From a virus: 52,077 nt of DNA. Below, piece after piece: positions 33,024-40,197 of this stretch. Location: positions 1 through 52,077 of IMG/VR virus record IMGVR_UViG_3300010348_001338. One strand, written 5' to 3'. Position 1 is the stretch's first letter. Every line of letters begins with the position of its first letter. Below the pieces are notes generated by a model. That model searched no databases. It saw only the letters and a program-made list of their open reading frames with translations, and was not told the origin of the DNA. A program made the translations under genes and the position numbers.

Positions 33024-33048
33024 TCAGGTTCGAATCCTGACCCGCCAA
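33024..33048 (+). other. tRNA 3'-end-like fragment (T-arm plus acceptor 3' strand)
   Basis: TCAGG TTCGAAT CCTGA CCCGCCA A. Upstream sequence does not fold into D and anticodon arms. Confidence 0.5.
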
Positions 33049-33090
33049 TATGTAGTAAATCGGAAGATATGATTGAAACAAGGAGGCAAC

Positions 33091-33336
33091 ATGGAAGTTT
33101 ATGCGCACGGAGTTGGGTCGTCCTGTCATGGGGATCAGTACCACCATGAGGTTTACCATTTGGTTGTTGGTGGTGTCACACTCTGTGGCGTTCAAGTGAA
33201 GGGTCGTGATTGGTGGAAGGAACACGGAGTATATCCCCATAGCTTTCGTCGTGAGGAAGGCTCGCGGCGTCCGCGTTTCGGAGATTGTATGATTTGCCAG
33301 CGATGCGCTAAAAGGCGCTGGAGCTTGAATGAATGA
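33091..33336 (+). CDS. Hypothetical Cys/His-rich small protein
   Basis: AGGAGG RBS before ATG 33091. 81 aa. Confidence 0.45.
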   Translation: MEVYAHGVGSSCHGDQYHHEVYHLVVGGVTLCGVQVKGRDWWKEHGVYPHSFRREEGSRRPRFGDCMICQRCAKRRWSLNE

Positions 33337-33369
33337 TTGTAGCAATTGCCACGTATATTTACAAGGGCG

Positions 33370-33552
33370 ATGCCCAACGCCCGCGCCGAGGCTGCGGAGG
33401 CGCGTGCGGAACGGTTGCAAGTGGCACTGCGAGGATTGATGCAATTCCACCCGGAAGATGAACTCGGCCCAACGACGGAAGAATTCTGGACGCCTGAATA
33501 TAAGGCGGCCATAGATGCGGCGCGTGACGCGCTGAAAGGCGGTGAGGAATGA
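33370..33552 (+). CDS. Small helical protein ending in KGGEE
   Basis: ATG 33370 lies in frame with track ORF 33346. It ends in the conserved junction AAAGGCGGTGAGGAATGAGC. Confidence 0.45.
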   Translation: MPNARAEAAEARAERLQVALRGLMQFHPEDELGPTTEEFWTPEYKAAIDAARDALKGGEE

Positions 33553-33764
33553 GCGATCACGACACTCTAATGGCGAGAGCTTTGCGACTCGCCGTAATTA
33601 AGAACCTGGTTGGCAGCGGAAATCTTGACAGACATGATGCTTTGGAATTGCTCAATGCGCCGCTATCTCCAGACGATCCAACGGCGCAAATCTATGATGA
33701 TCGGGAAAAACTTGATTGGACAACCGAACAGTTTGAGGCGTGGATGAAAGGCGGTGAGGGATGA
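33549..33764 (+). CDS. Small protein ending in KGGEG
   Basis: 71 aa. Both start and stop lie inside copies of the conserved 20-nt junction. Confidence 0.5.
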   Translation: MSDHDTLMARALRLAVIKNLVGSGNLDRHDALELLNAPLSPDDPTAQIYDDREKLDWTTEQFEAWMKGGEG

Positions 33765-34015
33765 GCAAGTTGCTGCTTGACGATTATGACAAATTGCAAG
33801 TCCGCAGGGACGGCGACGCCTACTTTGTTTGCGGGCCTGATTTTGTCGATTTGCAGACATCCCCCGTGGTTTGGTACTGTGTAGATACGGAGGATGGCCT
33901 TACGCTGCATCAGTGGTTTGGGGTAGTTTCAAACCCGATTATCCACCTGCCGTTGACGGAGATTTGCCGGATCATCGAAAAGTTAAATCGCGGCACGAAA
34001 GGCGGTGAGGAATGA
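33761..34015 (+). CDS. Small protein ending in KGGEE
   Basis: 84 aa. Both start and stop lie inside copies of the conserved 20-nt junction. Confidence 0.5.
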   Translation: MSKLLLDDYDKLQVRRDGDAYFVCGPDFVDLQTSPVVWYCVDTEDGLTLHQWFGVVSNPIIHLPLTEICRIIEKLNRGTKGGEE

Positions 34016-34164
34016 GCGTTTTGAAAGCGTGTCCGTTTTGTGGCGCAACTGAACCGCCAACAATTGACATGAGTATTCTTAACCAGGAACAAGGTGGGTG
34101 TTACCACTGCGAGGTGCTTATTGACACTGACGCTCGAGCTCTACTACTTGTAGGAGATTCATGA
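34012..34164 (+). CDS. Lar-like restriction-alleviation zinc-ribbon protein (50 aa, below the ORF-track cutoff)
   Basis: Hand translation gives MSVLKACPFCGATEPPTIDMSILNQEQGGCYHCEVLIDTDARALLLVGDS*. The LK.CPFCG...C..C pattern is the Lar-family signature. Confidence 0.45.
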   Translation: MSVLKACPFCGATEPPTIDMSILNQEQGGCYHCEVLIDTDARALLLVGDS

Positions 34165-34598
34165 TGACAGAGACAATCCAATTTCTCATCTCGGCAACTC
34201 TTGAGGAGCCGATTCAGGCCTTGATGTTGAAGAGTCTCGAAGATGCACTTCTTCAGACTGGACAGAACCTTGGGTTCACTTCCCTGACAGTTCAGAGACA
34301 GATCCTCGAGCCTTCTGCTGACAATCAACTCATCTCATCACTCTATCTACACAGAATGGAAGTCAGGGATATCGAGGAGGCTACGAAGATTATTCTGATC
34401 AGCATGAGCCAGAATCTTCGATTTCTCGATCTCGAATCTTTCCTGTCCATGCTTGATCTCGCGAGGAAGGTTGGGCCCGAAGTTCTGTCATCAGAGGACT
34501 TCCCCAAAGCTGAGATCATGTTATCACGGCTGGAAAGAATCACGAAAGCTTTTCTCAAGTGCCAACGGGAGCTCTTCCCCGTAGGAGTTCGTCAATGA
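34161..34598 (+). CDS. Hypothetical protein
   Basis: 145 aa, start coupled to the upstream stop (ATGA). Confidence 0.5.
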   Translation: MMTETIQFLISATLEEPIQALMLKSLEDALLQTGQNLGFTSLTVQRQILEPSADNQLISSLYLHRMEVRDIEEATKIILISMSQNLRFLDLESFLSMLDLARKVGPEVLSSEDFPKAEIMLSRLERITKAFLKCQRELFPVGVRQ

Positions 34599-34756
34599 AG
34601 AAAACTTGTGCTGTAGGGAAGAAGCTACGTAGAGCATTCGAAGCAAACCCCTCGGACAGCAATCTTGCAGCGTGGCGTGAACATAGACTGTCTTGTGAAG
34701 TCTGTCTTTGTCTCAAACCCACTGTGAGAACTCCCCGTAGAATCTCCAGAAACTGA
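34595..34756 (+). CDS. Small basic Cys-containing protein
   Basis: ATG 34595 is coupled to the upstream TGA, with GTAGGAG upstream. 53 aa. Confidence 0.4.
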   Translation: MKKTCAVGKKLRRAFEANPSDSNLAAWREHRLSCEVCLCLKPTVRTPRRISRN

Positions 34757-34800
34757 ATCATCCCGTCAAATATTGGTTGACTTCTTACCAGACTGAGGGG

Positions 34801-34829
34801 TTGATTTCTTATCTAAAATATCATATAAT
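34801..34829 (+). promoter_or_regulatory. Sigma70-type promoter, class A
   Basis: TTGATT (34801-34806), 17 nt spacer, TATAAT (34824-34829), then ATAGATAAGAAACC. Confidence 0.8.
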
Positions 34830-34861
34830 ATAGATAAGAAACCCCAAAAGGAGAGAACAAG

Positions 34862-35506
34862 ATGGAAACCGAAGAACGAATGCGACAGATGGACGGAACT
34901 GAAGGACACGAGGATTTCATGCTCATCGGTCAGGAGCTGATGACGAAAGATCAACTTGACGATCTGATAGAGCAGGTGAAAGTTCAGTACAAACGTTGGC
35001 CGACTTGGTGTCCACGAGAGTGGAAAGCTACTCATCGACGTTCCTGGACGTGGGAGTTCGGTTATACGAGACAAGGTCTCCCGACTTGCTATCAGGTCGA
35101 TGTCAAGATTCAAGAAATCGCAGACCTCTCTCAGATTTGCAGACACGAGAGCACGCACCTTACCGGACGAACGGTCGACGTAGCTGAATCAGCAGTTTGC
35201 AATCAGTGCTTAAGCACGATCTGGTGGATCCCGCTCGGGACCGAAACTTTAGCTTCTCTGCAGTCGAAGATCCAGGTTGGCCAGACAGTCCTGGTCTCAG
35301 GGAAGACTTGGGAAGGTTGGTTCCCCACTCTCAAAGGTTGGGATGGACGCTTCATCATCCTCGAAGCTTTGATGCCTTCGGGACGTAAAGATTTCAGAGT
35401 TGATTGGCACAAGATCAAGAAGATTATCTGTAATGATCTCGAAGCTAACAGGATTGAGCACCTGCACGCAACTGGGAAACTCTCCTGGGAACAAGTAATG
35501 AACTAG
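34862..35506 (+). CDS. Early protein with C-terminal GKTWEGW beta-barrel domain
   Basis: 214 aa with an AAAAGGAGAG RBS. The C-terminus reads VLVSGKTWEGWFPTLKGWDGRFIILEA. Confidence 0.65.
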   Translation: METEERMRQMDGTEGHEDFMLIGQELMTKDQLDDLIEQVKVQYKRWPTWCPREWKATHRRSWTWEFGYTRQGLPTCYQVDVKIQEIADLSQICRHESTHLTGRTVDVAESAVCNQCLSTIWWIPLGTETLASLQSKIQVGQTVLVSGKTWEGWFPTLKGWDGRFIILEALMPSGRKDFRVDWHKIKKIICNDLEANRIEHLHATGKLSWEQVMN

Positions 35507-35524
35507 AAAGGAAATGCAGAATCA

Positions 35525-35655
35525 AGGATCAAATTTGATGCGACGGATAGTTAGGATAGGAATAATATATAATATTATTCCTATCCTAACTATCCTAACT
35601 ATCAAAGATCCTTGGTTTTCAACTAACTTTCAATATAGTTAGGAATTGAATAGTT
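35525..35655. repeat. Intergenic iteron/palindrome element, copy 3 (diverged, same orientation as copy 2)
   Basis: 24-bp perfect arms GGATAGTTAGGATAGGAATAATAT (35545-35568) and ATATTATTCCTATCCTAACTATCC (35572-35595). An extra TAACTATC lies at 35596-35603. Flanks AGGATCAAATT and AAGATCCTTGGTTT are shared with copy 2. Confidence 0.9.
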
Positions 35656-35702
35656 TGGAGGTCAAAAACTATTACGTACTTACTCTGAGTAAGATTGGGG
35701 TC

Positions 35703-35731
35703 TTGATTTTCTTTCAATAACAGGTTATAAT
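35703..35731 (+). promoter_or_regulatory. Sigma70-type promoter, class B
   Basis: TTGATT (35703-35708), 17 nt spacer, TATAAT (35726-35731), preceded by AGATTGGGGTC. Confidence 0.75.
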
Positions 35732-35769
35732 TAGATATAAGAAACCAATCAATTCAAAAGGAGAGGAAG

Positions 35770-36048
35770 ATGACACCGAAGTTCAAGCCCAAACATCACT
35801 ATCAAGTTCGATTCGATTGCTTCTACTCAGACCTGTCAGTCGAACAGCAGAAGAAGCTCGCGAAGTTGGCATTTCGAAAGCAGATCGAAATCTCCACGAT
35901 TGAGATCTACACTACGAAACGAGTATATCTTCTTGAACCGATTCGAGGGATGGAAGGCCCAGAGTATTGGAGAGCAGTCCTCACAGTTCGAGGAGAACGA
36001 TTGCGCTACTTCTGGAATCTGACGGAGAAACGCTGGCAAAAGTCTTAG
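35770..36048 (+). CDS. Hypothetical protein
   Basis: 92 aa with an AAAAGGAGAGG RBS. Confidence 0.55.
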   Translation: MTPKFKPKHHYQVRFDCFYSDLSVEQQKKLAKLAFRKQIEISTIEIYTTKRVYLLEPIRGMEGPEYWRAVLTVRGERLRYFWNLTEKRWQKS

Positions 36049-36068
36049 CATCCGAGGAGATGAAGTCG

Positions 36069-36602
36069 ATGGCAAAGCTTTCCAAAAAGCTGCCATCGAC
36101 TTCTCCCTTTCAAGGTGAAATCTCGCTCGATCGAGAGAGATTTCCCTACACCTTGAAAATCGGGGAGAAGCCGATTGCAGCTATCTACACTTCGAGATTG
36201 AATGATGTGTTCCTGAATCTCTTTCAGTACACTGAAGAGACGAATCGACTCAAGCGTCGAGTGAATTCTCTCATTACGCTGGCTGAAACGCAAGGAATCA
36301 AGCTACCCCCAGATGATGCTTGGAGAGAGGACGAAATAGACTTCTCAGTTCAGGAAGATGCCGAGGATCTCTTCAAGCTCTTCGGTCTTCGAATCGGGCA
36401 GATCTACAAATCGAAGAAATCTGATTATTGGTACGAGCTTGAATCGATTGACAGTGTAGCAGGCTCAGTAGTCTTGCATTGGCTGGGAGAGCCTGAGTAC
36501 ACACGTGAAGTTGCTATCAAAGCAATCTCGAGGAGTTACGTTCTCTGGGAGGACGATCTCGATGAGAGTATTCTGAACTTCTGTAGGGTGAAAGATGATT
36601 GA
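36069..36602 (+). CDS. Hypothetical protein with C-terminal SH3-like segment
   Basis: ATG 36069 lies 9 nt after GAGGAG; an alternative ATG at 36060 abuts the SD. The C-terminus IGQIYKSKKSDYWYELESID...VVLHW is loosely like the GKxWEGW paralogues. Confidence 0.5.
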   Translation: MAKLSKKLPSTSPFQGEISLDRERFPYTLKIGEKPIAAIYTSRLNDVFLNLFQYTEETNRLKRRVNSLITLAETQGIKLPPDDAWREDEIDFSVQEDAEDLFKLFGLRIGQIYKSKKSDYWYELESIDSVAGSVVLHWLGEPEYTREVAIKAISRSYVLWEDDLDESILNFCRVKDD

Positions 36603-37839
36603 TGTAAAGATGGTCGAACGGGCTTTGGATCGGGAGTTTCACTCCCTGATCCCACAACTTCTCTCGGGAATCTCGAAGGAGGATCTCGAGGCGAAGATAG
36701 CCGAGATCAAAGGCTTCACAGCTACGGATCCACGCTTAGAGATCACCCGGATGAACCTCATCGGAGGTTTGCGATCTTGGGGCTTCGAAATCTCCGGAGG
36801 TCGAAAAGGCAGGAGTCTCCCTTATCAGATCTTAGATTGGCATGAGAAGGAGACAAAACCCACGGTTGATACCTGGACCGGCGAGAGCAAGGAGGTCGTA
36901 GATTGGGTGCATAGCCTCCTGCCTCTGAGAGACTACTTCGAGATCGTGAAACTGTACCAGAGCTTTCGAGGAGATTACGAGGAGGAGTTCCATGAGAACT
37001 GCTTCCTGTACCCCTATGCGTACGAGGCAGCTCAAGATCAAGCCTGGATCTACTTCGAAGGCTCCGAAGCTGCACTCATCTTTCAACGCTTCAAGAACCT
37101 CCCGAGATTTCGTATCTTCGATCTCTGCGCTTCTCCTGAGACCCTTCTGAGTCTGGCTTTCACGATTTCCCACGGGAGTACCCGGCCAGTGCCTATCATC
37201 AACTGTCAGACGAAGAATCACGGGGCTTTCAAGTCTCTCCATCCCGCTGGTAGCTGGGGGCAACGACATCAAGCTATCTACGATGTCGTCGACATCGCTG
37301 AGCATCCCGACAAGTATCTCAACAAACGTGCTCTCGAAACTCTTCGATCAAGGGAGCGTGATACTGCTTTCTACGAGAACCCGAGCCAAGAGGAGCAGCT
37401 CTACGTGATTGACACTTGGAAGCGACTCAATGAGGGTCGTCACCGTCAGTTGGCAATCGAGAGGGATCGTGTTGCAGTTCGCGCAGACTACCCTGACAAG
37501 ATTGTCTTCGGGGGTTCACGAGAGGGACATCCAGTTCTTCATCATCTGTTTGACCCTCTATCCAACAAGCCGGACACAGTAGCGCTGATCAATGAGAAGA
37601 GTCTCAACTACGGGAAGTTTCCCGATGGGGAGCCAGTGCCTGGGGGCAAGTATGGGCTCTCCGATCTCAACCAAATTCTGGCCTGTCGTGCTCTTGCACA
37701 GAAAGGTTTCCGATACATTCAAAGTGGTGGTCTAGATGGAGGCGGTTTCGGTCTCGAAGACAAGAAGATGAAGTATGCTTGTCGAACCGTAGCCTCACAG
37801 ACCTTCTATACAGATTACCCACTGTCCGATTTCGCATGA
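36595..37839 (+). CDS. Hypothetical 414-aa protein, possible GNAT/FemAB-like C-terminal region (weak)
   Basis: The only hint is the C-terminal LNQILACRALAQKGFRYIQSGGLDGGGFGLEDKKMKY, which resembles the ...A...G....D.GG......YK tail of Acetyltransf_6/FemAB proteins. Confidence 0.25.
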   Translation: MIDVKMVERALDREFHSLIPQLLSGISKEDLEAKIAEIKGFTATDPRLEITRMNLIGGLRSWGFEISGGRKGRSLPYQILDWHEKETKPTVDTWTGESKEVVDWVHSLLPLRDYFEIVKLYQSFRGDYEEEFHENCFLYPYAYEAAQDQAWIYFEGSEAALIFQRFKNLPRFRIFDLCASPETLLSLAFTISHGSTRPVPIINCQTKNHGAFKSLHPAGSWGQRHQAIYDVVDIAEHPDKYLNKRALETLRSRERDTAFYENPSQEEQLYVIDTWKRLNEGRHRQLAIERDRVAVRADYPDKIVFGGSREGHPVLHHLFDPLSNKPDTVALINEKSLNYGKFPDGEPVPGGKYGLSDLNQILACRALAQKGFRYIQSGGLDGGGFGLEDKKMKYACRTVASQTFYTDYPLSDFA

Positions 37840-37849
37840 GGAGAGAAGC

Positions 37850-38668
37850 ATGAATGAGCTTATTCAAGAGGATCTGATCAGCTTTGCATACGACCTTCAG
37901 AAGGTAGCGATCTATCATCGTGCTCCACTGACGGTCGAGGTTCGGGGTCTCGAGCCTATCACTGTAGGTGAGGGCTTGGGTGGGTTCTCCTGGACGATCT
38001 TTCAGCGCGGTGAAGATTGTACAGCTTGTGGACTCTGTTGCCACCTTTGCAGACGTCGCACTTGGTGGTGGCATGAAAGTGATCCACGGCCTGACGGAGT
38101 TGGCGTGCCTATTGATGTGAAGATCAATGGCTTGCAGACAACCTTCTTCTATCACATGACTTCATCTGGCAAGAGATTCGAGAAGTGTGATTTCTTGATC
38201 CCTGCGTACACAGTCGAAGGCTCGAATCGCGGGCAAGGTCAGCTTGGGTCTGATCTTCATCTGGACAATGATCCCAATCGATTGGTCGACATCCACGGCA
38301 ACCCGATGTGGTTCTGCTCGATTCAATTCAAGGGAAAGCCTCTGCACTGTAAGTCAGATCCTTTCCTCTCAGTTCACAAAGTGCGAACTGCTCGAGGGGT
38401 TGTAAATCTCCTTTCACGTCGTCTACCTTCACGAAACTGGCGTTGGCCCAAGTGCCCGATTGATGTTGCGAACGAGCCCTTCACTCCCGAGATTGCTCAG
38501 CTCGATCTTGAGAATTTTCAACAGCTGTACAACAGCTTCGGTAACTTGCCTGGCTCCCAGATGATCGAGGGTTTGCAGATCTGGGAAGCAGAAGCAAGCA
38601 AGGCCCTTGAAGGACACGCCCCGTCAGAGAACATCTTCTTCGCAGATGTCTTCTCTCGAGTCGAGTAA
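37850..38668 (+). CDS. YkgJ-family CxxCxxCC cysteine-cluster protein
   Basis: CTACGLCC, then KCDFL and CSIQFKGKPLHCKSDPF, follow the two-block layout of the CxxCxxCC (UPF0153) family. GAGGAGAG RBS. Confidence 0.55.
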   Translation: MNELIQEDLISFAYDLQKVAIYHRAPLTVEVRGLEPITVGEGLGGFSWTIFQRGEDCTACGLCCHLCRRRTWWWHESDPRPDGVGVPIDVKINGLQTTFFYHMTSSGKRFEKCDFLIPAYTVEGSNRGQGQLGSDLHLDNDPNRLVDIHGNPMWFCSIQFKGKPLHCKSDPFLSVHKVRTARGVVNLLSRRLPSRNWRWPKCPIDVANEPFTPEIAQLDLENFQQLYNSFGNLPGSQMIEGLQIWEAEASKALEGHAPSENIFFADVFSRVE

Positions 38669-38678
38669 AATTGGCCCC

Positions 38679-38706
38679 TTGATTTCTGGCTAAAACCCCT
38701 TATAAT
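38679..38706 (+). promoter_or_regulatory. Sigma70-type promoter driving the tRNA
   Basis: TTGATT (38679-38684), 16 nt spacer, TATAAT (38701-38706). The tRNA 5' end lies 20 nt downstream. Confidence 0.7.
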
Positions 38707-38725
38707 AAGAACATAAGGTTCTATC

Positions 38726-38796
38726 GCGGAGATCGCCAAGTGGTAAGGCAGCTAGTTCCAACTAGCCTATCGATGGTTCGATTCCATCTCTCCGCT
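38726..38796 (+). tRNA. tRNA-Trp(CCA)-like, 71 nt, with a non-canonical 6-nt anticodon loop
   Basis: Hand fold: GCGGAGA TC GCCA AGTGGTA AGGC A GCTAG TTCCAA CTAGC CTATC GATGG TTCGATT CCATC TCTCCGC T. The acceptor stem (7 bp) and T-arm are canonical. No encoded CCA. Confidence 0.75.
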
Positions 38797-38860
38797 CTGC
38801 TCTACTATTCGATGATCTTTCTGATAAGCTAGCCCTCTTTGAGGGAGTGAGAAGGTCAAG

Positions 38861-38965
38861 ATGAGTACTCTGGGAATCATTGCTGGTGCTCTCCTAGTAG
38901 TCGCCCTCGCTGTAGTTGCATTCATCCTGATTTGGGATCATGAGGATCGCTCCTGGCGACCATAA
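38861..38965 (+). CDS. Small single-TM peptide (34 aa, below the ORF-track cutoff)
   Basis: Hand translation gives MSTLGIIAGALLVVALAVVAFILIWDHEDRSWRP*. GAAGG lies 5-6 nt upstream. Confidence 0.4.
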   Translation: MSTLGIIAGALLVVALAVVAFILIWDHEDRSWRP

Positions 38966-38983
38966 ATTGATATAAATTGGGGG

Positions 38984-39012
38984 TTGACCTTTCTCTCGAA
39001 AGTAGGTATAAT
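38984..39012 (+). promoter_or_regulatory. Sigma70-type promoter, class A
   Basis: TTGACC (38984-38989), 17 nt spacer, TATAAT (39007-39012), then ATAGGTAAGAAACCC, preceded by AAATTGGGGG. Confidence 0.8.
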
Positions 39013-39061
39013 ATAGGTAAGAAACCCTAATCCTACTTTCTGTCCAGTAAAGGAGAAGATC

Positions 39062-40069
39062 ATGGACAACATTGCGTTCGGAACAGCTTTTTATTCGCTT
39101 CGCCAGCCCGCCTGGCATGCACTTGGCGTCGTCAGCGAGACTGAACAGGGTGCAGTTGAAGCATCCTCCCACACCATCACGTTTGATATCGAGGTTCAGA
39201 AACTCCAAGTTTCGGGAAACGATTCAATCGAAGTCCCGTTACGCGGTATCTTCCGCACCCCAATCCCCGAGGATCCAGAGTACGTCTTCTTCGGTGCAGT
39301 TGGGCTGGAGTACGAGGCTATAAGCCCCCTCAAGCTCTTCGAGATCTATGATCGTACAATCAATGCCCCCGTTGAAACAATGGGTGCTCTCGGTCGTGGC
39401 GAAACGATCTTTCTTACGACGAAGATGCCGAAGCCGAGCGTGATCGCTGGGGATGAAGTTGAGCACTACCTTCTCATTGATGCTCCGATGATGGGCAATC
39501 GAGCACTCTACGTTCGAAACGTTGATCTCAGAGTCGTCTGTCAGAACACGTTGATGATTGCTCGGAGCCACTCAGTCCAGTCATATCGTATCCGTCACAC
39601 ACAGGGCGCTGCCGAACAGTTAGAAGCCTGGATGTCGGACGTGTACGATCGGGCAGTTGAGAACTCGAAGCTGATCGATGGGTTCTTCCAGAGGATGGCT
39701 CAGAAGAGCCCAACTGAGGAACAGTTGGCTACGGTGCTCCGTCGGACGTACCCGGATCCGAAACCTCCCGTCCGGAATGCTCCCGAGGATGTGATGAAGA
39801 CTCGGGAAGCCTCATATGAGTACAATCTCGAATATCAACGTAAGAGTCGGGATCTGACACTCGATCTCTTCAATGGCCTCGGAACCGGTCTCAATACTCC
39901 GGGGGTCAGTGGGACCTTCTGGGCTCTCTACAATGCGATCGTTGAGCTAGAAGACTATCGTGGATCCGACCGAAAGAATTCGGTAGCTCGTCAACGTGAT
40001 TCACTCTTCGGTTATCGCGCAGAAGCCAAGGAGACCGCCTTCTCGGCTATTCTGCAGGAGATAGAATAA
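39062..40069 (+). CDS. DUF932-family protein (phage/plasmid-like protein)
   Basis: PAWHALG near the N-terminus and LRVVCQNTL match the conserved DUF932 blocks. Confidence 0.65.
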   Translation: MDNIAFGTAFYSLRQPAWHALGVVSETEQGAVEASSHTITFDIEVQKLQVSGNDSIEVPLRGIFRTPIPEDPEYVFFGAVGLEYEAISPLKLFEIYDRTINAPVETMGALGRGETIFLTTKMPKPSVIAGDEVEHYLLIDAPMMGNRALYVRNVDLRVVCQNTLMIARSHSVQSYRIRHTQGAAEQLEAWMSDVYDRAVENSKLIDGFFQRMAQKSPTEEQLATVLRRTYPDPKPPVRNAPEDVMKTREASYEYNLEYQRKSRDLTLDLFNGLGTGLNTPGVSGTFWALYNAIVELEDYRGSDRKNSVARQRDSLFGYRAEAKETAFSAILQEIE

Positions 40070-40197
40070 TCCAACTGGTCGGCTTCTGCTAACAGGGCCG
40101 GTTTCTCGGTAGAGCTTACGGGCCCGCCAGTACTCTCCTTTTGACGGTAGCTGGGCTCCCAAAAGATCGGGAGCTCAGCTACCTGAAAGAGCATCCA

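Larger units (their letters stand above)
32662..34164 (+). other. GC-richer mosaic (horizontally acquired) block of small genes
   Basis: My spot GC counts are 40/60 at 32701-32760 and 34/60 at 33421-33480, against 23/60 at 31321-31380 and 28/60 at 34201-34260. CG/GCGC-rich runs are visible here and rare elsewhere. Confidence 0.55.

Noticed and set aside
32971-33048. Attempt to fold a complete tRNA around the T-arm at 33024-33040
   Set aside because: An acceptor stem (6/7 bp) and a D-arm can be drawn. The anticodon arm cannot: there are at most 3-4 bp, the loops are the wrong size, and 27 nt sit where 22-23 are expected. It is reported only as a 3' fragment.
32674-33072. 132-aa + strand ORF (MTRRCRWSWWKPARITRRP...) in the GC-rich block
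   Set aside because: The Arg/Trp-rich sequence is typical of an off-frame reading of GC-rich DNA. It overlaps the SD-preceded membrane-protein ORF 32765..32956 and runs through the tRNA-like fragment.
32962-33560. Minus-strand ORFs of 162 and 122 aa in the GC-rich block
   Set aside because: They lie antisense to the coupled small-gene array, cross the tRNA-like fragment and have no translation signals.
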